DNA of 64,000 nt from the human T2T-CHM13v2.0 reference genome, Homo sapiens: assembly GCF_009914755.1 (NCBI RefSeq), contig NC_060925.1. One strand, given 5' to 3'. The position numbers and the translations under genes were made by a program. Below the pieces are notes generated by a model, which saw only the letters and a program-made list of their open reading frames with translations, did no database searches and was not told where the DNA came from. Of the stretch, positions 1 to 14,589 are shown piece by piece (positions within the stretch are counted from its first letter, which is position 1; every line of letters starts with the position of its first letter).

Positions 1-1944
1 CACATATATATTCCATATATATAGTGTACAATAAGCCCCAGATTATTCTATTCAGCCATGATTAAATGGCAGCTAATGAAAAAAACATTCAGAACAAACA
101 TGAAGTAAAGAAGCTGTTGACATAAGTGCTTTGAAGATGTGAAACCTCAGGCTAGCATGGGACTGCTTAGACAGATGAAAAAGGTGAGAACATATTTACA
201 TATCTGATACAAAATTTAGGTTAAATGCATACTTTTTCTCTATCTTGTCATTGTTGAGTTTCCATCTAGGTCTATTTCTTAAAAAAATGCAAATAACTTT
301 TCTACAGTATTGAATGGTTTAAGAGCTCTAAGATGTGTTGACTTATTAACTAGTAGACCACTGAAGTTTGCTATAGGAGACAACATGTGTTAAAATATTT
401 GCTGTAGAAAATTGTTCCCTGAAAGTAGCTAAGCTGTGTTTATCAAAGCAGGTTAAATTTTCTCACCAGCCTTGCCATCATTAATCTACTGACTACGACC
501 TCCCTAGTCTTGTTATAATTCAACCAGTGAAAACGACTCGGCAGAGCCTCTTAAAATTAGGAGCATGACTAAAGGCATTCCTTCCCTAAAAATGGGTTAT
601 TTTGAAAGTAAAATAAACAAGTGTTTCTAACAGATTAACTTTAAAACACCATGTAAAATCTCGATTTTCCATGACAGGGGAATTCTCATATAAGGAAGTT
701 TAATGAGACTCTGCCTAAAGAATTTTCCCTTTCTAGCGCCAACACATTAGCAGATCTTTAGGTCACCAGGGTGTATTTCTAGAGGCCCAGCTGCTGCTTA
801 TTCCTCCTACTTCATTCCAATTCTGAGAAAAATACACAAAGTGCATCTTTTCCACAAGCCACTAGCCAGAATCCTCATTACCTTTCCTGGAGCTCATCAC
901 CACAGAAGACTCTGGGAAAACTGGCAGGGAGGCTGGAGCATGGGGAAGCTCCTGGGAGGACTCTCGCTGTTCTCTGACCTAGCCCAGAGCCTTCCTGAGC
1001 CAGAGACCTAGGACTGGAGAAGTAATTTGCTTTTTAATATATTTCTCCCCTCAGACAGGATCAGAGAAGTGGTGATGGCTGTTGCTGAAAGCTTTATGGG
1101 TTAGACACAAACATTAATGGAATGACAGCTGGAAAGAGACAAATATAACATTATTATGCCAGGCTTCTCTCAGGGGAGCTGGTTAGATGGCCACAGCAGG
1201 CATACCAGAAAACCATGTGGTGGCATCCATCAGTGGCCTCCCAGGCCAGGCGTGTCCAAACTAGAATGAATGACTTCTTCCGGATACATCCTGCACACAT
1301 TCCAAGAAAAAGCAGGGACATGCTGAAGGTGTGGCTTGCATGGCCCAAGAAAAGACACAGAGGAGGGCTAGGTTTTGAATAATCAATTGCTCAGGTGAAA
1401 ACAGCTGAAACTGTTCTCAGTTTCTGGGCGAGGCTAAACTGGGAAGCAGCTATGTACCAGAGAGGCATCAAATCCTCATCTATTCTCAGGCGCTAAAAGA
1501 CACCCAGGCATCCCAGGGGCAGCCCACCACCTCCCTTCCCACAGAGAAAACACCCAACTCAAGATAAAAACCTCCAGGGGGGAAGTGTCTTCCTCCCACC
1601 CCTTGCTTTTCCCTTCCTTTCTGTGTTTTGCACCATCTTAGCTGCTGCCTATCTCTCCTTTTCTTCCTCTCCCCTTCACTCCTTCCACTTTCCTTCTCCC
1701 CAACACCCCCCTGACTCCCTCTCTACTCCCTTAGTCTGGTGACCTCTGCCTGTTCACCGGAGGCTTCAAATGCTCACAGACAGGAGTTTCTCCCAAACTC
1801 AGGAGAAAAAGATGTTTCTCAGTAGACAGACTTGCTAGTGAAAAGAGCCAACACCATGAGGAAGCCCAGGGCTGAATCAGGGGGTCTTTCTCAGCCTTGA
1901 CCTCTTCTTTGTATCTCTACCTTGTTGGGAAGGCTGCAAGATAC

Positions 1945-2165
1945 AGTGTCAGGACACGGGCCTTTAAGACAGAGACACTGAGGCTTGAATCCTGGCTCTA
2001 ATATTTACAAACCGTGTGGTCCTGGGCAAGTGACTCTACCTCCCTGGCCTCAGTTTCTTTATCTGTAAGAGTGAGAATAATACCTATCTCAGAGTTGTTA
2101 CAAGGATTAAAAGAGTTAATGTAGATAAAGTGTTATGGCCCATGACTGGCGATCAATAAAGTGAG
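1945..2165 (+). mobile_element. MIR SINE
   Basis: MIR core: gggcaagtgactctacctccctggcctcagtttctttatctgtaa. Confidence 0.8.
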
Positions 2166-2760
2166 CCCAGCCCTTTTCCTTCCCTCTTCTTTCTGTGATT
2201 CAAAAGTGTGGTCCCCTAATTTTTCGTGACTTCCTTGGAGAAATGGCCCAGAAGACTGGTGTTTGGATCCATCCATGTCACACCCCACTCCTCGCCCACA
2301 TCACAGGACAAGTCAGTATCTCCAGGGTGTTCTGTGTCTTCTACCAGACCTCTGCTAGGCCAGGCCAGAAGGCTATGGTTAAAAGTCAAGTGTGATCAAA
2401 CACTGGGAGCAGCCACGTATCATGAGAACAGAACTCTGGGTGGCTCACATGATCAACAAGGCTTCCCAGGTCCTGTTAACAATTGATCCAATTTCACCTC
2501 CCTTTTTTAGTCCTGGTGTAGCTCAGCCCTCAAGCAGTCACTTTTAAGATAGCCAGCCCCAGGCTCTTCTGATGGCCCCCGGTGCTGGATATTGCCACCC
2601 GGTACCTATTTTGAGATATGGCTACTCCTCCACGAATGGGCTCTTCTTCCTGCAAGGAGTCTTTCCCCTGACACCCACTCATGCACACGTATGTACAGTC
2701 AGACCACTGCATATTATCCAGTGGCCTCTCCTCTCCATCCTTGAGGAAATGCAGGGACTA

Positions 2761-3406
<646 letters not shown>

Positions 3407-3484
3407 AAAGCTGTAGTAACAACCAGTATCATTTTGAATAACCAGTAGCATTTTGAAATTTGAAACATTTTATCCATTTAAACT

Positions 3485-3900
3485 CTGTCAGAGTAGGCCA
3501 ACTGCTGTAAAGAATGACCTGCAGATTTCAGTGGCTTACCATAATGAAAGTATTTCTGGTTTTCATCACAATTCAATATAGGTAGGTAGAAAGGAGAGGA
3601 AACTCTGTCCCTCATAGACATCAGGAACCCAGGCTCCTTCATCTGTGGCATTGCCATCCCCCAAGTCTTCCTTAAAGTCGGAGCCTCTATGTCTTTTTCT
3701 CACAGTGCACAGACCAGGAAAGAGAGAGCAGAAGATCCCGGGGGATGTTTCTATGAGCCAGGCCTGGAAATGGGGAACATCAATTCCACCCACATTCATT
3801 TGCCAGAACTTAGTCACACGCTTACTTAATCCTGAGGGAGACTGGGTGCTTGGAACAAAGGAGACCACATTTGGTAAACAGGTAGTACTGCACTGTCTTT
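3485..3900 (-). mobile_element. Old MaLR LTR (MLT1 family)
   Basis: ctgctgtaa...tttcagtggctta terminus and ccacattcatttgccagaacttagtcac motif typical of MLT1. Confidence 0.65.
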
Positions 3901-4311
3901 GCTATAAAACCATTAGATGAGTATTTTTCCACAGAGCAGGAAACTATGGCTTGACTCACCCAAGACACCACTGTTAGTAAATGGACTTGAACCCAAGTCT
4001 TGAACCCAAATCTTCTAGCTCTGATGCATTCTTTAATTCATGCAGAATTTCTCCCTCCTGTGGGTACATGTTGCTGAGCAAGTTACTGAGTCTTAAGAAT
4101 GACCAGGCCCTGCCATGTCATCTCCTTTTCTCTTTACCTCCAGGCATTTGAATAGCCAAAGAGAAACATCACTAAATACCTCCCTTCCACTCGCTCCCAA
4201 ACAACCCTTCCTTCTCCTGCATTATAGGAGTGGGATCCAGCCCTCTCCTACTGACATAGCCATGAAAATAAAGATGCTTGAGCACATCTACATCTTTGAT
4301 CCTGTACTCAT

Positions 4312-4488
4312 CCTTGGCTTAGAAGAGCTCACAGTCTAATGAGATAGACAGAAATGTTAGAAAAGCTGTAACTAGTCTTGATTAGACAATAACAGAGGCC
4401 TTGGCTTAGAAGAGCTCACAGTCTAATGAGATAGATGGAAATGTTAGAAAAGCTGTAACTAGTCTTGATTAGACAATAACAGAGGCCT
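4312..4488. repeat. 87-bp tandem duplication inside an L2-like fragment
   Basis: 4312-4398 equals 4399-4485 except one dinucleotide (CA vs TG); 3-bp cct junction microhomology. Confidence 0.95.
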
Positions 4489-4869
4489 CTACAGTGTTGT
4501 ACAGGAACACTCTGAGCAAGAAATTGATTTATTTAGAGAGTCAGAGAAAGTTACAGAGAACAGGTAATGTTTGTCCTGGGCCATGAGTCGGGAATAGCCT
4601 AACAGACAAGACAGGTGAGGCACCAGAGCCCAGGGAAGAGCATTTGCACAGAAACAAACAGGGGAAAGGAAATGTTCAGGTAAGTCCTTGACAAGGAGAA
4701 TCCCGGAAGGCTCCATCCAAGGCCCCTTCTTACCTCCTGGTTCTTTTGGAAGCCTGGGAAGATGGGAGACCTTGAAGAAGGTCATAGTCTGGACAGATTC
4801 CCAAGGTATTATGATACAAAACCAAAGGATAATATCTCCACGTGGGGCCCAACACCTGCAGTAAAGTTA

Positions 4870-5045
4870 GCTGTCACTTACACAACACTAATATTTAGAG
4901 GCACTTTTACACATTATCTTATTTCACTCCTTTTTTTGCAGAAAAGGAAAGCAAATCTTAGAGAAGTTAAGTTACTTGGCTAGGAGGCCACAGGACTTAG
5001 AACTCAACCCCAGATCCTGGACTCTAAAACCCAGGGATTTTCCAC
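4870..5045 (-). mobile_element. MIR fragment
   Basis: cattatcttatttcactcc...agagaagttaagttacttg...gaactcaacccc. Confidence 0.6.
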
Positions 5046-5793
5046 TGGGACTTTTGTCCATAGGACAGGAAGGGGTACTATAGGGAGGGCAACCACAGGG
5101 GACTTTTCAGGGTCCCCGTCAGGGTCCTTCCTAAAATGGATAGCTTATTTCAATTCTTTTTCCTTCCCTCCTCACACATGGTGTCAAGAGCTAATCCTGA
5201 GAATCTGCTTCTAGAGAGATTTCCTCGTCTATCTCCCCGACCTAAGGAATAAACAGATCTCCTCTGATCCCAGAGAGCCCTAGCTTTCCCATTCCCAGGT
5301 CATCTACAGTTCCTCTGCCTTATCCTGATCATTCTTCCAGAAAGCCACCAGAAGACAGAAGAACAAGAACAGAAGCAGAACCCGACACGGAAGACAGCTC
5401 CGTCTTCCCCACGGTCTGTGAACCTCACAGGCCCCCTTGTGGCCTCCACAGAAGAGCACCGGACCAGAAACAACTTTCCCTGCAGTGCCAACTCCACTTT
5501 CTCCCACCCCAGTGCCGAGGGCCCCTCCATGTCTCTTTCTCCTAATCCTGCTGTTCTTTATTTTCTTTCAAATCAGAATTGGATCAAGAGAGCAAAGACC
5601 GATGATGCTGTTTTTGATGAGGTTCTCTGACCTCTCTGGAAGGTGACCAGGAAGGAAGTATCCCTTCTGAAGTTGATCGGGGTTCCTCTCTTCCTCTGCC
5701 AGAGAACAGCCGCTAGGGGAGAACATTGGTGTTCACGAGAACCTGGCGCTCCTCCCACGGAACCTGAGGGCTGGGCACGGTGGGAACTGCTAA

Positions 5794-6219
<426 letters not shown>

Positions 6220-6629
6220 TAGGAGCAGCCAGATGTTCCAAATCAAAAAAGGGGATATAGTCTACTCAAGGGAATTTTTTTCTCATTTATTATATTTGTT
6301 TATATGCAAATCCCTATAAAGGTATACAAATTAAATCACATGAAGTTATCTGTTAATTGAATCACATTTACTCAAAAGAATAATGCTATACATAGATGTA
6401 GGACTCCCCCCAAATCCAGTGTGTAGTGCTGCCAGGGGTACTAAAGAACATAATCCTTTCTGTAATCTTTTCTTCCCTGCAATGGTTCACAAAGAAAGAA
6501 ACAGGAGGAATGTGGTGTTCAAAACTGAATAAGGAGATTTTGGAGCAGGGCTCCTCAGACAGCGCCTAGGAGAGGAAAGAATCTAGAACCTTCTTAACTG
6601 TGTTGAAAAAAATCCCACCATTATATGCC

Positions 6630-6790
6630 TCCCTGATTGTATTTATCACATTATATTGTAAAACTTTTCCCACTTGTTTTTTGTATACACCAGGAGTTCT
6701 CTGAGGCCGAAGTCTTCACTGTGTTCATCTTTGAATCCCCTGCGCCTAGTGCAGTGCCTCACAAGGAGCTCAGTAAACACTTGTTAAGTG
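6630..6790 (+). mobile_element. L2 3' end
   Basis: gcctagtgcagtgcct...gctcagtaaacacttgtt, the L2 terminal signature. Confidence 0.7.
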
Positions 6791-6924
6791 ATTCTTCTAT
6801 GAACTGGTAGACTGTAAGCTATGCCAACCAGGAACTAATGCTCTCTAAACCCTTTCAGGTCTCAACTTTTAAATTTGTTTTGTTTCCTTGATTTCAAAGT
6901 AAAATTTCTGTTTTAAAAAATCCA

Positions 6925-6982
6925 GGCCAGGCACAGCACAGTGGCTCCCATCTGTAATCCCAGCACTTTGGGAAGCTGAGGC
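6925..6982 (+). mobile_element. Alu 5' fragment
   Basis: ggccaggcac...tgtaatcccagcactttgggaagctgaggc, then abrupt loss of homology. Confidence 0.85.
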
Positions 6983-7944
6983 TTGGTTGCATCACAGAGG
7001 GATTTTGTCCATGCCTACGTATAGTGCCTACGTGTAATGAAAGTGAGATCAAGGTTCATTTTAAGGATAAATGAAGACTCCACAAGAAAAAAACTGTTAA
7101 GTCTCATGCAAAAACTCTTAATAGAAACAGAATAAACAGTGTGCAACTAAGCCCCAGGCTATAGAAATTTTAAGGGTCATTCAACACTGAGGAGCCAGAA
7201 AACCAGTCTGAGAGTGGAGATATGTCAAAAAAAAACAGAGAGCGTGAAACAGTTGGGCCAGGAAGATCTGGCATCAACCTGCTAAGATGAATTTCCATCA
7301 AAAGAGTCCCTAGAAATTCATCACAGGAATCTTTTACAGATGCAGCCAATTGTGCTGTAGCATCTATCTCCAGGGTGTCTTAGGGGCAACACAGATCAAG
7401 TGGAAGACCATCATGGCTGCCTTTTGCTGACCATAGGGATCTCTCACAGACTCTTCTTTGCTTGTGACTTGCAAGTTCGACCCCTGATAAACCCAGAAGA
7501 GGGACTCACACACAGTGAGTTTGATGACCTTAGGGAGTTAAGAAGAACATGAGTGCTATCTGGGCAAATAAGGGAAAGCAGCTGGTTCCCTTTAGTTATT
7601 TACTACAATTCTGTTCCATTTGCAGGAATAAACAGATCTTCCTCACCAGGGAACTCAACAAAACATTTATAGAGCACTTTCTATATATTAGACACAGTGG
7701 ATACAACCATGTATTAATTAGTGCAGGCTTAACTTTGGTAACAAACACCAAAAGTTTGGTGACTGAAAACACAAGAAGTTGGTTTATTTTTCATGTGACA
7801 GCCCGGGGAGAATGCTTCAATCCTCCACAATCCTCCACAGAAACCTCCAAGGCCACTGTGGCTATCACCAGCCCTTTGGGCCTTGTCATCAACTGCAGCA
7901 AGCCACAGAAGGGGAAAGGGAACGCAGAGGGGCTCATTCATTCT

Positions 7945-8001
7945 CACCACTGCACTCCAGCCTGGGCGACAGCAAGACCCTGTCTCAAAAAGAAAAAAAA
8001 A
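7945..8001 (+). mobile_element. Alu 3' fragment with poly(A)
   Basis: caccactgcactccagcctgggcgacagcaagaccctgtctc followed by an A tail. Confidence 0.9.
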
Positions 8002-8035
8002 TCATTAAACAAATAATTTCCAAGAGCAATAAGAT

Positions 8036-8258
8036 GTTTTTTAATCTTCCCAAGTTCAAGCGATTCTCATGCCTCAGCCTCCCAAGTAGCTGGAATTACA
8101 GGTGTGTGCCACCACACCCAGCTAATTTCAGTATTTTTGGTAGAGATGGGGTTTCACTGTGTTGGACAAGCTAGTCTCAAACTGCTGACTTCAAGTGATC
8201 CGCCCACCGTGGCCTCCCAAAGTGCAGGGATTACAGGCATAAGCCACTGCGCCGGGTC
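8036..8258 (-). mobile_element. AluS lacking about 70 bp of its 3' body
   Basis: Alu body starts at tcccaagttcaagcg; TSD agcaataagat (8025-8035 / 8259-8269). Confidence 0.9.
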
Positions 8259-8648
8259 AGCAATAAGATATTTAAGGGAAATAAAACTGTCACGTGAAAG
8301 AAAGGTCCAGGGTCAGAGGACTCACGTTAGCAGAGAGGCTGGAAAAGCCCTCTCTGAAACCCAGCAAAAGAGAAGGAGCAGCCATTCAAACACAGGGGGA
8401 GGCTTGTGCCAGGCAGCAAGTCCCGAGTCCTAGAAGCAGGAATGGGCTTGGCACGTCTGAGGGTCAGCTGGAAGACCAGCATGGCTCATGCCCTGTGGGA
8501 AGAGGAGTGGCCTGAGATGAGATCAGAGAGATCGAGGGATCTACACCACAAAGGGAGAGCTGGGGTAAGGTCATTCAGTCACTCTGCAAACATTTATTGA
8601 GCACCAACAAGTCCAGAGACTGAAGATACCACAGTGAAGATAAATCCC

Positions 8649-9759
<1,111 letters not shown>

Positions 9760-10011
9760 GAAGATAAATCCCATGCTGGTAGAGCTCACAATTGCCAAGG
9801 AGACATAAAGTCAACAAATAAATGAATAAATAAACCATATCACATCAGATACTGGTAAGAGCTCTGAAGGAGAAAAAGCAGGATAAGAGAGTCGATTGCT
9901 ATTGTAAATGGGATGGAAGGCGAGTCCTCTGGTGAGGTGAGCCAAGACTTGGAGGGAGAGAGGGAACAAGCCACATGCATACCCGAGGGAGCAGTATTCC
10001 AGAGAGCCCTC

Positions 10012-10170
10012 AAGGTCGCCAGACAAAGCACGGGATGCCGAGTTACATTCGAAATTCAGGTGAACAAATATTGCATGGAGCATACTTATACTAAGAATTC
10101 TTCATTGTTTCTCTGAAATTCAATTTTGATGGGGCATTCTGTATTTTTATTTGCTAAATCTGGCAACCAT
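10012..10170 (+). mobile_element. MER53 palindromic DNA transposon, internally deleted
   Basis: Ends aaggtcgccaga / tctggcaaccat; catacttatactaa and ctgaaattcaa core. Confidence 0.85.
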
Positions 10171-11499
10171 TGGAGAGAGGGAACAGAAAGTGTGAAGACT
10201 CTGAGGCAAGAACATGCGTGGCACATTCAAAGCACAGCATGGAGGCTCCTGTGGGGCATGTGGTAGGAGGGGAGGCTGGAGAGGGAGGCAGAGGCTTGAG
10301 CACACAGGGTCACATGGGCCTTGGTAAGGACTTTGGATTTCATTCTCAGTGGGATGGGGAGCCTGGAAGAGTTTGAGCAGCTCTGTGAAGGACAGCAACA
10401 GAAGACACAGGGTTGCTACTTTAATCATCCCCCTCCAGAAGGGCCATATGGAGGAGTTGGAAGTGCAGGCTTATTCCACATCCAAGCATCCCACTGCGCT
10501 ACACCTGCCACCATGTAGCATAGAGATGGGAACTAAGGAGTTCCAACTCGAATAGGTACCTCATTCCATGAGCAGTGATCTGGGGCACCCTCTCTCGACT
10601 CGCCTTTCTCTCATTCTGCTTGAGGTATCTTTGAATCAGTGGGGATCAGAGAGTTAATCAGAGTGTCCAAGGCTCCAGGCACCACTATTTCATCATCCTC
10701 TAGGGAAAGTGCCATTAATGCCGCTGCCCACTGACCTCTGGCCACAGCCATGGAGCCCACTGGCACCAGCCTTCATGGAAATCTACGCCACTGCTTATCT
10801 CCATTCAAAATGGGGCAGAGAAAGTTTCCATCCTGGGAGAAAGTTGCCTTAGATGACCCTCCTCCTCTTCCCTTGACCTGACTCCTTTTCTGTCAAGTCT
10901 AGGGTTTTGATCATGGGAAAGAAGGGACCGGGTTTCCTTTGGTCTAGCCACTGCCATTGACTCTTTCCCCTCTTGTCAGCAGTCCTGTGACTACAGCCTC
11001 GGCTGCTGGTGCTCCAGCTGTCGGCTTTAATAAACAACAAGAGTAAATACAGGCAGATGCTGACTGTTCCCAGGATGCTCTGTAAAGCTTCTCACACACA
11101 GCTTGAAAAGCAACATTTTCTGGGATTGATTTAGGACATGTGACTCTATAAGCATCCAGATTCCTGCTGAAAGGGGACAAGGAAAGAGCTGGGGCAAGGA
11201 AGTGCTTCCCTTAAAGAAATGAAGGAAGGAGATTTCTTTGTGACTTCTTAACACACTCTAGACCTCAGTTTCCAATAGCAGCATCTGATTCCAATTCCAG
11301 TGGTTGAATGATCCCCTATAAAAACTATTGATTTAGGTACTGACATAAGAGCCATAGATCTACCTAGAAGGGGTTCTCCAGTGATTTGTCTCTGTCCTTG
11401 GCTTTGTCCTGTAAAATATCTACTTCAGCAGCTTAAATTCAACCATGACAGTTAGGTTTACAGGACACCCAAAACTAAGACGTAGTGTGATGTAGGGGG

Positions 11500-11680
11500 A
11501 AAGTGCTGAGCCATCTAAGCAACCTTGGGTGATTTGCTGAACCACTCTGAGCTGCAGTTTCTGCATGTGTAAAATGGAAATAATAAATCTTGCTTCTATA
11601 GCTTGCTCTGAGGATTAACCAAGAGGCCCTTGTCAAAATCTGGCACAAAGGACTCACTCAAGAGGTCATAGTTTCCTTCC
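11500..11680 (+). mobile_element. MIR
   Basis: accttgggtgatttgctgaaccactctgagctgcagtttctgcatgtgtaaaatgg. Confidence 0.75.
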
Positions 11681-11739
11681 CTCAGTTTTGTCATCTGCAA
11701 AACAGGGGCAATAGAATTACAAATGTCGTTAGAACCTGA

Positions 11740-12250
11740 AACCCAACTGACTATCAAAAGGAAGACTTAGTTGTTGGATAACTACCACAGGCTAGAATAC
11801 TAGATCAGAATCAAGGCAATGAATATTAATAAGCCATGCAGTTAAAAACTAACAATAGCATGGAGAATGCAAGCTTGATAACAATTCCAATGAAAAAGAC
11901 CAAAGAGTTTCAATTAGCCACGAGCTCAGTTTGAAACAAGAATGGGACACATTTACCATGAGAAGCTGTGTAACTATATATTACATCGTAATAATAGTTA
12001 ACATATATTGAACACATACTATGTCCCAAGTGATACTCTAAGTACTGTACTCGACTCATTTAATACCCCCAATAATCCTATGAGATGCTACTTTTATCAC
12101 CAGTTTACAGGTGTGCCAAACTGAAGCAAAGAGAAGTAAATTGCCTGTATTCACAGAGTTTGTGAATAGCAGAGCTAGGACTGAATAGCTTCATTCTGTG
12201 CATGGTTCACCTCGAGCTACTGGGTTAGATCTGAGTACCATGCTAGGTAC
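11740..12250 (+). mobile_element. L3/CR1 fragment interrupted by an antisense MIR (about 11990-12185)
   Basis: aaagacc...ccacgagctcagtttgaaacaag resembles the CR1 reverse-transcriptase (RT) 3' region; MIR tttacaggtgtg...actgaagcaaagagaagt. Confidence 0.55.
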
Positions 12251-12799
12251 AGCCATACTTTCCCTACCCTGGTGTCACCCCTGCCTTCAACTGTTCTAAG
12301 CCAACAGGCTGAGGAGGATGTTAGGGATGGCACTGCTTGTGATTAAGCCACCGACCTAGGCCCAGGTTCTAAAGGCCAAGCCAAGACTTCAAGATGCCCA
12401 CATTGTTCTCCATATCATCTCGCTGCAAGGTACTCTGTGCCTCAAGGAAGGACTCTGGGTGCCCTTATTGCCTCTAAATTGTCACTTAACTCTTCCCACC
12501 TCCTCTTGCACACAATCTATTCAAATGATCCCCATAAGTTAATGGCTACCTGCCATAAAAAAAAAATACAAAAGAATGAGTCAAAGGATATTTCTTTGAA
12601 GTCTCATATTTTCTCCTAAAAATTCATGTAAATTTTGTACTCTACTCCATACCATAACTGGGTTGGTTTTAATATTAAAATAATATTTTAAGCAACTTAG
12701 CACTGAATAAAATTGATGCTCTAGTGTGATGAACAACAATTTTCCTGCAGCTGTTAGAAACCCTGGCACACTGCTACATGTCCCCATTTGAAAAGCTCA

Positions 12800-13030
12800 G
12801 AATTACAGATGCATATTTCATAACATGCAAAGATGTCCAAGGCATATCATTAAGCAATAAAAGCAGGTTACCAAACAATATGGTTCTGTTTTTGTATACA
12901 TTTTGGAAGGCTATATATGTATACCAAAATATTAACAGAGGATATCTCTGGGCTGTAGGAATCTGGGAGATTTTTATTTTTCTCTTTTTCCTTCTCATAT
13001 CATTTAATCTTTCTACAATGAGCATACGTA
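12800..13030 (+). mobile_element. Ancient L1 (L1ME-like) 3' end
   Basis: aaaagcaggttaccaaac...ccaaaatattaacag...ctacaatgagcat. Confidence 0.6.
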
Positions 13031-13891
13031 TTGTTTGTGGAGGTAGAATATAAGGTTTTGTGATGATGGATTTCTTTGGGGAGGATGTGGTTAGTTTTGC
13101 TTTGTAAGATTTAACAGTTCATGGCTGCCTGAATTGTGCAGACGCCTACTTCAGCAAACTACACCTTTCACATCCTGAGACCCTCTGAAGCAGGGAACCA
13201 AACCACAAGAAAACGTCATACACAAGAATGTCATCAGGCATCCTCCCTGGCTCCCCACCTTGTTGCTTTGTTAACTCTGCCAGTTGTGACCTCAAATTCC
13301 TGGGATATTCACACAAATCCCTCTCACCTCCAGAGTTTTCTGTGGCACACCCCAGTGGCCAAATCCCCAACACTGCTTAATCTTTCGCCAATACATTTCC
13401 TGTGTGCTGCCCACACTCTCCTAGCAGCCAGCTCCAGGATTTACCAGGTTTTGCCTTTCATCTCGTCTTAACACTGACAGTTTGCATGCTTCGCGCAGAC
13501 CAAGAAGTAGAAGCTTCCCCAGATTGGACTGGTCTTCCTCACACTAGATACTGCCTGAATCTTGTTGCAGCTCACTGCACATTTGGCACTTGTGGCTTGA
13601 CTCTCACCTTATTCCCCCAGAGGCTGTCCCACTGCAAGTTCAGTTTCCCATCCTTCTGCCACTACCTAGACCTAAGGTCTCAATCCAGATCACCCTTCCT
13701 ATCTCACTCGTGAGGTCATTAATCATAGTTAATAATTTGTTGCCTAATTATTGTGTGGCAAGCACATGCTAAGTACTTTTTATGCATTGTCTTTTAATTT
13801 TCACAGTAATACTCTAAGGTAGACTTCATAGTCCTCATTTCACAGATAAGGAAAACTGAGGCTTGAGACCTCCAGCAAAGCCTAAGATCGC

Positions 13892-14437
13892 TGTTCTGAT
13901 GATCTATTGCTGCGCAATAAATCACTCCTAAACTTAGTGACTTAAAACGATTATTTTATTCTGGGGCTAACTGGGCTCAGCTGGGTGATTCTCGCCTGAG
14001 GTCATTCATGATGTTGCAGTCAGATGGCAGCTAGGGCTGGAGCCATCTCAGTGATTTCCTCACAACATGTCCAGTGCTTGACACTAACTATAGATGAGGA
14101 CTTCAGCTTGGCTATTAGCCAAAACACCCACATGTGGCTCTCCATGGGTTCTCTCCACCTGGGTCAGTTTTGGCTTCCTCGCAGCACAGTGACTGAGTCC
14201 CAAGGGTACACAACTAAAGAGGACAAGGTGGAAGTGCATGGCACTTCTATGACCTAGCCTCACAGCACCCCTTCTGCCATCACTTACTGACCATGTAGTC
14301 ACAAAGGTCAGCCCAGGTACAAGTGGAAGGGACATAGACCCCACCACTTGATGGGATGCGTGTTACTACACTGTAAGAAGAATATGCGGGATAGGAAGTA
14401 TTGTGGTAGCCAACTTTGGAGAATGCAATCGGCCACA
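13892..14437 (-). mobile_element. MLT1 (F/G-like) MaLR solo LTR inserted into a MIR
   Basis: TG...CA ends; 5-bp TSD atcgc/atcac; MIR continues on both sides (13720-13890 and 14438-14530). Confidence 0.8.
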
Positions 14438-14589
14438 ATCACACAGCTATTAAATTGGGCAGGGCCAGGATTTAAACCCAGTTCAGCCCAACTGCAAAAC
14501 CTGTGCCCTTAAATCATGGCAGTACACCGCCAACAGAGATTCATAACATCTCAAGCACTGAGCCTGAGACACAAAATGCATCACATCAG

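Noticed and set aside
4677-4685. Perfect donor CAG|GTAAGT
   Set aside because: It lies in decayed L2-like sequence with no evident upstream acceptor or promoter; an occasional match is expected by chance.
5600-5632. C/D-box snoRNA (TGATGA...CTGA)
   Set aside because: The boxes are only about 6 nt apart, with no terminal stem or room for a guide.
10012-10170. miR-1302-like hairpin from MER53
   Set aside because: The mature-like segment (about 10076-10096) is diverged and the arm that would pair with it is deleted.
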